Below are positions 56,867 to 64,000 of a DNA stretch of 64,000 bases, one piece after another. The DNA is from a phage, in the sequence record PZ445450.1; one strand, written 5' to 3'. The first letter of the stretch is position 1. Every line of letters begins with the position of its first letter. The notes under the pieces were generated by a model, which saw nothing but the letters and a program-made list of their open reading frames with translations, did no database searches and was not told the origin of the DNA. The translations under genes were made by a program, and so were the position numbers.

Positions 56867-57286
56867 ATGAACATTAAATCTGATAATCCGGCATATAGCT
56901 TTGATAACGCTTTTTGTCACGGTCCGGCGGCGAAAGGATTCGAAATCGATGGTAAACTAATTATTGTCAATGTTGACGGGGAAGAGGTTGCAGTATATCC
57001 GGTGGCAGACGTTAAAAGCCGTCTACAATGCCGCATAGATGTTACCGCCTATCAGCTTGATCCGGTCCGGGTAGTTGCCCTGGTCCTGGAAGAAGAAATT
57101 AAAGCAATGCACCACAGCAACAAGTTTATTGGTGACGCTCAAGATAATATGCAGGTATGCCGCTATAAAGTTAATGAAGTGCTTAAAGAGTACGGCTATA
57201 AGGATTTAATGATCAAGCGCGATGAAAAATTCCGCTACCGTAACAACCTGGCAAATCGGATTTTTGAAATATACGAATCATTATAA
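56867..57286 (+). CDS. Early protein, unknown function
   Basis: 139-aa ORF with TAAGAGGTAAAA RBS; last gene of rightward early cluster. Confidence 0.5.
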   Translation: MNIKSDNPAYSFDNAFCHGPAAKGFEIDGKLIIVNVDGEEVAVYPVADVKSRLQCRIDVTAYQLDPVRVVALVLEEEIKAMHHSNKFIGDAQDNMQVCRYKVNEVLKEYGYKDLMIKRDEKFRYRNNLANRIFEIYESL

Positions 57287-57304
57287 TTTCTTAACTGAAT
57301 TATC

Positions 57305-57334
57305 AAGGGGCTTAAAGGCCCCTTTCTTTTTGTC
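57305..57334 (+). terminator. Rho-independent terminator closing the early cluster
   Basis: Stem AAGGGGC/GCCCCTT then TCTTTTTGTC. Confidence 0.75.
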
Positions 57335-58046
57335 TGCTCTTCTCCTACCATAAACGGCCCTACCTGGCAAGTGGAATAATTGACTAGCCATCAATCCCAC
57401 ATACTGTACAAATATACATGGAAAATAACTATTGCATAATCTTTCATTGTGCGGTAGCAGGGCCATTTTTACCCGTTTTCTCTCCCAAAAGTGCACGTAA
57501 TGCCGCTATTGCACAAATTTTAACCTGATGCACATATCCAATATCTTGTCAACAACTAAAAATCTTTATAAGTCATACACTTATACAGCATCGAAAGCGT
57601 GTTCTACGTGAAAAATCGAGTATAACTATAGCCGCCAGATCTCAGAATTCACGTACGCACGCCATTCTATAGCCTGCAAAGTATTTATTCCAACCACAGA
57701 ATAACGGAATAGTCAATACCTGCATAAAATAATTATTCGTGTAAACTGCATAACATAAATCAGCTCAGGTGTCAACATTTTTCGTAAACAGTCCGAAATT
57801 ATCACGATGAGTTATCATAAACAGAGAAATCTTTAGTCGTCTAATGTTTACTGTACATTACTATACTGACTGGAATCATTAGATGACTAAGAAAAAGATA
57901 AGAAATAATTAATAATGTAATTGTTTTATCTGTAACAATAAGGCAACCATGCAAACGAATGTCATGGCGCGACGGAGTCGCGACATAATATAAAAGCAGT
58001 AACCATCACCCCCGTGATAGTTTGTCTGCAATCTATTATTCAGATC

Positions 58047-58118
58047 ATAGTTGCCTTGTATTTAGTTAATCATGACATAACAAGCAAGGCAACTATAGCT
58101 CTGATAATAGTTGCCCTG
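58047..58118. repeat. 12-bp inverted repeat pair plus a direct copy
   Basis: ATAGTTGCCTTG (58047) / CAAGGCAACTAT (58085) with 26-bp spacer; direct variant ATAGTTGCCCTG at 58107. Confidence 0.6.
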
Positions 58119-58247
58119 CTTTTATATTATGTCATAGATTGTTAGCTTGTTAACTGTCAGCCTGTTGGCTGTTAGCTTGTCAATTATTAAATTGCTAATC
58201 TTTATCATGCAAACGAATGTCATGGCTTATCATCTCTGTGTAAACAG

Positions 58248-58302
58248 TTTGGGCGTAAACTATTCAGGCGTAAACAGTCTATGCGTAAACAGTGAGATAT
58301 GG
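58248..58302 (+). repeat. Four tandem 15-bp repeats (iteron-like)
   Basis: Units start 58248, 58263, 58278, 58293, each G(T/C)GTAAAC(A/T)..; dispersed GTAAACAG copies also near 57783, 58587, 59347. Confidence 0.65.
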
Positions 58303-59837
58303 AATAGTAACAGCCGTTATTGTGTCATATTGTGTGACATTGTGTCCGGTGTCTGGTGTCCAGTGTGTCAGACAAGTTTTTCTCCTCTTTGTCAAGTGCT
58401 GCATGAAAAATTTACAAACTGGTATGGTAGCATTTTTGCGGCCCTGTTTACATTCAGTTGTGTATGTATAACCCTTGTTGTGTGGGCGTTTAGACGTCTA
58501 GACGGTTGGAAGTCTGCAGGTCAATATCTAATCTATCGGCTGCTAACTATATCCCACACAAATAGTAAGAAATATAATTGTTATGTGCGTAAACAGTAAC
58601 TCATGTTATCAATCCCTGTATGTATCGCCAGTGGTGCGCATAATGGGTATTATGTTAAATTGCCCGTAATGATAATGGTTCTCACAATGATAGGTATTCT
58701 CATTCATCCACACAAAATAGGTTGCAAATGTTGTGCCACTGTGTGAACGGCCTGGCCTATTAATTTCCCTCACTGCCTCGATATTTGAGAATTGTTATAA
58801 GAATGAGAAGTATTCCCATTTCGTCCGCCTGGCAGCACTCCTGTAGTCCTACAAGGACTCTAGCTGAAAGCTAGACCCTTCGGGCCTCCCTGCAGGTCAG
58901 GTCAAAATCGTGGTAGAATTGGGCTTATTCAGATATTTCTGGCCGACTCTTCAGGTCTGTGTGGGAAAAGCCAACCTCTCCGGCGGGGCAGGGGGAGGTC
59001 AATTAAAAAATTTACGTGGTGTATGAAGCGCTCTTCAGGTAAGGCAGGTATTATGGGATGAAACCCTCTTCAGGCAATGATATTTGTGGGTGTGATATTT
59101 GCTGGAAAGCCAGATATGACGGGACTCCCGGCGGGGATGGGGCAGTACAGACAGGGAAAATATGGGGATGTAGTTGGGTAAATTGATCAGACAGGTAGAG
59201 TATGGAATATGTTACAAGTATGTTAAATATGGAGGGTGAATATCTGTAGGATTTGTGTGTAAAATCAAAGACTTAAGCGGTGTTGTGGTATTTTCTATAA
59301 ATAATTCAAGTTTAATAGGTAATATTTGTCTCTATCCACTCTGTGTGGTAAACAGATTCAGATGATATTGGTTTGCAAGTGTATACATAATATACAAATT
59401 AAAGATACAAGAAACCCCCCTCCCCCTTCGGCTACCATTCACCTTTTCCTCTGACTGGTACTTAAACACTTATTCAGACTCTTCAGGTTATCACCCATAT
59501 ATCATATGGCAGTGACTGGTGTCCTCCGGCCCCTCTTTCGTCACCCGTCCGCTTCGCCATGCTAATGCCATAGCCAAATGTTCGGTTGTTCACCCTGTTC
59601 ACTCAGGTGTATCTCCATACCCCTTCAAACCGAAGAGAACAGAAAACCCGAATTACTCGGTAAAAGAAAAGAGAAGAACTTAATTTTATCATGATAGGCA
59701 AGAATGTCAAGGCATGACTGCTCACTAAACAAGCAAACAGTCATGTGTGGAAGGTAAGTGATTGTGGTGGTAGGAAATTTAGTTGAAAGATGTGTTATAG
59801 GTGCTCCCAGCACTTTAGCCGGGTAGCTAATTGTGTG

Positions 59838-60053
59838 TCAGTCCAGTGGTTCATCACCTACTTCACTGAAATCAATGTTCATGGTCTCCTCCCAACCATC
59901 AATCTCAGCACCAGAGTAGAGATCTTTAGGACTTACTCCCAAAGCCTCAGCAACAGAGTCTATATTTAACACCTCTGGCAGGTATGATTCATCGAATTCA
60001 AGGTAAATCAGGCCACGAGTGTTGTCAGCTCCACCAAATATTTCTATCTTCAT
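59838..60053 (-). CDS. Small acidic protein
   Basis: Start set at ATG 60053 with GAGGAGA RBS; 71 aa. Confidence 0.45.
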   Translation of the reverse strand: MKIEIFGGADNTRGLIYLEFDESYLPEVLNIDSVAEALGVSPKDLYSGAEIDGWEETMNIDFSEVGDEPLD

Positions 60054-60173
60054 GAAATCTCCTCTGGAAATGAGAATGTGAACAGGGTTTATATGTTCCA
60101 ATGCACTGGAATTATGCACGTTTGCCTCTTCAGGCCATGCTTTAGCATGAGGAACCTGTGTGGGCTCGGTGCT

Positions 60174-60386
60174 TCATAGTCTACCACCTCTGAACTCTTC
60201 GTGCTCAGGCATAATAGAGAACCAGATATCTACGATGTCTTCCCACGTTAGGTCATCAGCCTCAGGATCTACCTGGAGCGAAGATGGAGAATCTTCAGAA
60301 TTGAAGTTTTCCTCTTGCACTGGCTCAGTCAAGGGACATATAGTCACTCCTTTGGATGTCTCTTCAGACGCATGTGTGGTAGTCAT
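60174..60386 (-). CDS. Small acidic protein
   Basis: 70-aa Asp/Glu-rich ORF; weak RBS. Confidence 0.35.
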   Translation of the reverse strand: MTTTHASEETSKGVTICPLTEPVQEENFNSEDSPSSLQVDPEADDLTWEDIVDIWFSIMPEHEEFRGGRL

Positions 60387-60689
60387 GTTCCACCCGTGAG
60401 TATTCCGGCAACAGCCGCTATGGAAGTAATGATCATCAGGATCACCACTAAAACTTCAGACAATGTTCTCATTGTGTATTCCATATTCTCCAAACTGTGT
60501 GTGGATACTATCACGGGAGCGGTAATGTGTCAACAGCAACGCCGCGAGGGTTTGGTTAAAATCCGAGCGTATGGTGATTTGGGTCAAAACGGACGTGCGT
60601 TCTCGCTACGCTCGAAAGAGAGGTTTGTTTATAGACCGTCCTTAAACGCTCTGTAACGAGATTATCTGTCCAAGGTATGCAATCGTGCA

Positions 60690-60722
60690 CCAGATAAAGA
60701 AAAGGACGCCATAGAGCGTCCT
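60690..60722 (-). terminator. Rho-independent terminator (minus strand)
   Basis: Stem AGGACGC/GCGTCCT; minus-strand RNA gets a U-tract from the + strand A-run CAGATAAAGAAAAGG. Confidence 0.55.
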
Positions 60723-60752
60723 AGGTGTCTTAAATTTGATATTTTGCTATAC

Positions 60753-61058
60753 CTATGAGGGCTTATCAAGGTTGGAGTAGCTGAAAGGTGTCAAAAGGTG
60801 ATTGTCAAAATCTCTCAAACTGTCCAGATCTTTTTCCTCGTCCTGACACCATCTGTGCCTACATTTATTGTTGTAGTGCATAGAATGCATAGCGTTCTGC
60901 AACTTAACAGGCACAAGTGATTCAGGAGTGGATAGTATTGTTGGGTATGCCAGAACCACCTCAAATAGTGGGAACACATCGAAACTAAAGTCTACCTCTG
61001 CAGAGGTTGATGGCATGTAGGAGTATTTAGCCGCCTTTGTAGACATAATCCACCTCAC
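60753..61058 (-). CDS. Hypothetical protein
   Basis: 101-aa ORF. Confidence 0.45.
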   Translation of the reverse strand: MRWIMSTKAAKYSYMPSTSAEVDFSFDVFPLFEVVLAYPTILSTPESLVPVKLQNAMHSMHYNNKCRHRWCQDEEKDLDSLRDFDNHLLTPFSYSNLDKPS

Positions 61059-61381
61059 ACAGGTTTGATAATACCTTTACCGAATAATTCTTCGTATCTA
61101 ATCTTATCCGGATCCCACTCCTGGATAATTTCGAAGACAATATCCAACCCAGGGATAATCACTTCTCCAGTGTCAAGTTTGGCAAGAACAAAACCAGAAG
61201 GCTGAATGGTTTCCCAGTTGCGACGATTGGAATAGAAGACCTCGAAAATATCACCGACCTTGATCTGTTGATCAAGATGTTCAAGATTCTCTTTCATATA
61301 GATGCAGCGGATTTTTCGTGCAGGCCATAGACCGCCTGCATCACGTTCATTTAGTTCTTTTACAGTAATCGGTATACCCAT
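61055..61381 (-). CDS. Hypothetical protein
   Basis: 108-aa ORF with AAGGAGA RBS. Confidence 0.45.
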   Translation of the reverse strand: MGIPITVKELNERDAGGLWPARKIRCIYMKENLEHLDQQIKVGDIFEVFYSNRRNWETIQPSGFVLAKLDTGEVIIPGLDIVFEIIQEWDPDKIRYEELFGKGIIKPV

Positions 61382-61404
61382 CTCAAATCTCCTTCATGGA
61401 TAGT

Positions 61405-61432
61405 AAAAGAGGGGCTTGGGCCCCTCTTTGTC
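61405..61432. terminator. Stem-loop terminator/attenuator between minus-strand genes
   Basis: Stem AGAGGGG/CCCCTCT flanked by A-run and T-run. Confidence 0.5.
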
Positions 61433-61433
61433 A

Positions 61434-61739
61434 TTATTCTACAGAGCGTTTGAACAGAATGTCTGCCTCAGACATGTGCTCAACCTCTTCTTCGATTTTA
61501 GCTCGACGTTTTTCAGCCTCATAGCGAATATCGAACTCGGTAGCCACCAGAGATTTGATGAATTTAGGAGAATACAGATGATCCTGCTTCTCAACAAGAA
61601 TGATATCCTTGATGGCATCTTTCAGATCTTTAATCTGAAGCTGGAGTTCCACCAGTTCTTCGATTGTTTTGCGAAGGCGATCACGTTCTGCAGTGTCAGA
61701 AGGAAGAGAGGTGAACAGTTCAACTTTAGATTTAGCCAT
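61434..61739 (-). CDS. Coiled-coil protein
   Basis: 101-aa charged heptad-rich ORF. Confidence 0.45.
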   Translation of the reverse strand: MAKSKVELFTSLPSDTAERDRLRKTIEELVELQLQIKDLKDAIKDIILVEKQDHLYSPKFIKSLVATEFDIRYEAEKRRAKIEEEVEHMSEADILFKRSVE

Positions 61740-61767
61740 AGTAGGAGTCTCCTTATGTTGTTTTAAA

Positions 61768-62019
61768 TTAACGTTCTACAAAAATACCATTCAGTTCAAT
61801 AACCAGGAATTTCTGGTCTTCACTATCGTCTCGTGCCAGTACCTCACAGACGTATCGGTCATCCCCATCATCATCGCAGTCAAATACAAGACTGAGGACT
61901 TTATCATGGTAAACCTTCGCCACTACCGCCTCGTAAGTATTGCCGATTGTGAATCCAAGATAATCTCCGATGCATTTGACAACAACATGGTCTCCAGCAT
62001 TTAAGTCAATCTTTGTCAT
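61768..62019 (-). CDS. Small protein
   Basis: Start moved to ATG 62019 with AAGGAG RBS; acidic patch DCDDDGDD. Confidence 0.45.
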   Translation of the reverse strand: MTKIDLNAGDHVVVKCIGDYLGFTIGNTYEAVVAKVYHDKVLSLVFDCDDDGDDRYVCEVLARDDSEDQKFLVIELNGIFVER

Positions 62020-62174
62020 TACTGCGCTCCTTGGGTAATAATACTGTATGTAAAACTTTAACCAGAGATGTGAATAACGCCCCAAAACACACCGATAGCA
62101 CTAAAACAGACAAGGCCATCATTAAAGCTTCAGTAAAATCAGTCACTCCTCACCTCTTGTTAGTCACTATACTG

Positions 62175-62438
62175 TCATTTATCCTTGCCGTCAAGAACTT
62201 TTTTAAATCTTTCAGGGATATCTCCTGTTCTTAGATAGTTCATGACCTCGCAAGGTTCCCACTTGAATTTCTTACAGAGCAGGACGGCTGAGATTGTTTC
62301 ATTGCGAAAAGAAAGGATATTAATATCCCACTCTGAGAACCCCAACTTCCGAAGGGTAGCTATAGAAATCCTCACCGCAACCCAGCAGCAAAAACATGCA
62401 ACAAACGCCACTGCTACAACCCACATCAGGATGTTCAT
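62175..62438 (-). CDS. Small membrane protein
   Basis: N-terminal helix ILMWVVAVAFVACFCCWVAV. Confidence 0.45.
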   Translation of the reverse strand: MNILMWVVAVAFVACFCCWVAVRISIATLRKLGFSEWDINILSFRNETISAVLLCKKFKWEPCEVMNYLRTGDIPERFKKVLDGKDK

Positions 62439-62527
62439 ACAAGCACCTTACTGAAATACAAGACACAGTGTTAAGGTTACTGACCAGCAAATAATTAACA
62501 GAACTGTTGCAACCTTGGCAAGATTTA

Positions 62528-62815
62528 TCATAGTGCCTCTAAGATTTCATATCCATCTGGTCGGAATACAAGCCACTCCGTGGCTCCGTTTGGTCGATAC
62601 GCTTTATACAGAACAACCTGATCTCGGCACATGCACATAGCTACATAGTTTTCATCCACACCTGCAGCCTGCATTGCAGCTTCTTCTCCGGCAACTGCTT
62701 TGCTTACAACCTCCTTGGTAGGCAGGTGTGCGATCAGTTCGTCACCATCATTAACTCCAAAATGGCTGAGCTCCCCATTGGTATCTTTAATCTTAATCTT
62801 AACCAGATCTTTCAT
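62528..62815 (-). CDS. Hypothetical protein
   Basis: 95-aa ORF. Confidence 0.4.
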   Translation of the reverse strand: MKDLVKIKIKDTNGELSHFGVNDGDELIAHLPTKEVVSKAVAGEEAAMQAAGVDENYVAMCMCRDQVVLYKAYRPNGATEWLVFRPDGYEILEAL

Positions 62816-63144
62816 TAGTCTTCCTCCAGGTTCAAAGGCCCTAAGATTTCATATGCCAGATTAGAAGTTACCAGAGGGTCTTCTGCATCTTTAGTATTAT
62901 ACCACCCGTGAATAACCAGAGTCCCACTCTGTTTCATATCCAACTGGAACTGTTCTGCAGTTTCCTCCTCCATCTCTAAGATTTCCATAAGGTATTTGAT
63001 GTTAGGAAGGTATGCAGCTGTTACAGTCCCCTCTACCAGACCTTCAGGCCAACCTACATCTGGATGACAAGTAGGAACCAGGTTGGTCAGCTTAATGGTG
63101 TACGCTTTTTCTGCACGAGCCTTCAGTAACGGGTCAATCTTCAT
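62815..63144 (-). CDS. Hypothetical protein
   Basis: 109-aa ORF, start/stop overlap with neighbours. Confidence 0.4.
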   Translation of the reverse strand: MKIDPLLKARAEKAYTIKLTNLVPTCHPDVGWPEGLVEGTVTAAYLPNIKYLMEILEMEEETAEQFQLDMKQSGTLVIHGWYNTKDAEDPLVTSNLAYEILGPLNLEED

Positions 63145-63494
63145 TATTCGTCCTCCTCTTCGGTGCCTGCTTCCAGTAATAAGTTAAGAATATCTTCTGC
63201 ACAAGGCTCATAGAACTCTTGGCCTTCATTATCGATGATTTTGTAGTCATCTCCACGAATAATCAGGGGATCACTCTCAAAATTATCGAGACCTTTAACA
63301 ACGACAACACGATCGATTGCCATCATTGTAAGAACTTTATCGACATCTTCCTCTGCTACACCATACTGCAGCAGAATGTCCTTGGTAGGAGGAACAGCAT
63401 CCACCACAACACCGTTACCAAAACCTTCCGGCAAGTTAGCTAAAATATCTTCCGGAACCACATTAGTATCAAAACCGGTAATTTCTACTTTCAT
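63144..63494 (-). CDS. Hypothetical acidic protein
   Basis: 116-aa ORF. Confidence 0.4.
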   Translation of the reverse strand: MKVEITGFDTNVVPEDILANLPEGFGNGVVVDAVPPTKDILLQYGVAEEDVDKVLTMMAIDRVVVVKGLDNFESDPLIIRGDDYKIIDNEGQEFYEPCAEDILNLLLEAGTEEEDE

Positions 63495-63755
63495 TTACAG
63501 CACCTCTTCGTCAACTACTTCATAAAAATGGCCTGGGATTGCAATAGCGTTCTCACCTTCACCTACAAACACAGTTCCATCAAGAATCAACATCATAAGA
63601 ATTTCTGTAATATCCTCTTCCGGAACGTTGCCAAAACCTTTAATCAGCTCGTAGGTTGGGAGATTTACCTCTAAGATGTCACCATCTTTAGAACGGAAAT
63701 CAACACCGTCCTGAATCTCTGCCGTTTCAAGGTTTTTCAATTTAATCTTCATCAA
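63495..63755 (-). CDS. Hypothetical protein
   Basis: 86-aa ORF with AGGAGA RBS. Confidence 0.45.
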   Translation of the reverse strand: MMKIKLKNLETAEIQDGVDFRSKDGDILEVNLPTYELIKGFGNVPEEDITEILMMLILDGTVFVGEGENAIAIPGHFYEVVDEEVL

Positions 63756-63784
63756 TCAGTCTCCTGTCTTGTTAAGATGAAGGT

Positions 63785-63813
63785 ATTATTTCACACAGGG
63801 TTGGCGTTGTCAA
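63785..63813 (-). promoter_or_regulatory. Sigma70-like promoter (minus strand) with -35 inside a hairpin loop
   Basis: Minus strand TTGACA-N17-AATAAT; -35 lies in loop of CACACAGG/CCTGTGTG hairpin (63792-63823). Confidence 0.45.
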
Positions 63814-63831
63814 CACCTGTGTGCAAGAAAA

Positions 63832-64000
63832 TTACTGAAACAGTGTGAATAAATTACCTTCCGGTGGGAACTTATCTGCCAAAAACGGTGTTAGCACAGT
63901 AGCCTTCTGAAGATCTGGGGTCCACTCGTTGTTCAGAACATCCCAATAGTACGCAATGTTGCTGTGTGGGTGCCGCATTACGAACTTTTTCCCTTCGTAG
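63832..64000 (-). CDS. Hypothetical protein, C-terminal part (5' end outside window)
   Basis: Minus frame open from window edge to TAA at 63834-63832; hand-translated; not in ORF track. Confidence 0.3.
   Translation of the reverse strand, partial: YEGKKFVMRHPHSNIAYYWDVLNNEWTPDLQKATVLTPFLADKFPPEGNLFTLFQ

Larger units (their letters stand above)
57335..59837. other. 2.5-kb non-coding, repeat-dense region between convergent transcription units
   Basis: No credible ORF; repeat families GTAAACAG, CTCTTCAGGT, ATAGTTGCCYTG, CATGCAAACGAATGTCATGGC; C-poor stretches on the + strand. Confidence 0.6.

Noticed and set aside
58147-58599. 150-aa plus-strand ORF from the six-frame track inside the repeat-rich non-coding region
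   Set aside because: Its translation is low-complexity and mirrors the tandem GTAAACAG and GTTAGC repeats (VNSLGVNYSGVNSLCVNS), there is no RBS, and it sits between convergent terminators; more likely a repeat artefact than a gene
57335-59837. tRNA genes or a CRISPR array in the large non-coding region
   Set aside because: No T-loop (GGTTCGANTCC-like) or D-loop signatures seen by eye, and repeats are of several unrelated families with irregular spacing rather than a repeat-spacer array; a tRNAscan run would be needed to fully exclude tRNAs

Overview
The window reads as one contiguous stretch of a virulent tailed-phage genome (myovirus-like gene content) with no host, integrase, tRNA, rRNA or CRISPR features. 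Modules in order: (1) 2-14094 (+) tail/baseplate genes, including two paralogous tail fibres, a Tfa-type chaperone, a third fibre and a 1875-aa Big_2-containing giant protein; (2) 14142-21091 (-) small accessory genes, a tandem gene triplet, a vWA/HExxH protein and a nuclease-like protein; (3) 21234-45693 (+) DNA-metabolism module with MoxR-like AAA ATPase, SleB-like wall hydrolase, rIIA, rIIB, Dda-like helicase, a compact C5-methyltransferase-like protein, gp4-like primase-helicase, family-A DNA polymerase, an SSB-like protein ending DDDIPF and a macro-like protein; (4) 45694-46675 repeat-rich non-coding region; (5) 46676-57286 (+) early cluster of about 30 small genes behind strong sigma70-type promoters; (6) 57335-59837 a 2.5-kb repeat-dense non-coding region; (7) 59838-64000 (-) further small genes. 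Most novel-looking: the iteron-like non-coding locus, GC-rich inverted elements bracketing the early cluster, and an early ORF with an in-frame amber codon. All calls rest on motif reading and the ORF track; no database search was run, and hairpin/promoter coordinates are approximate to a few bp.
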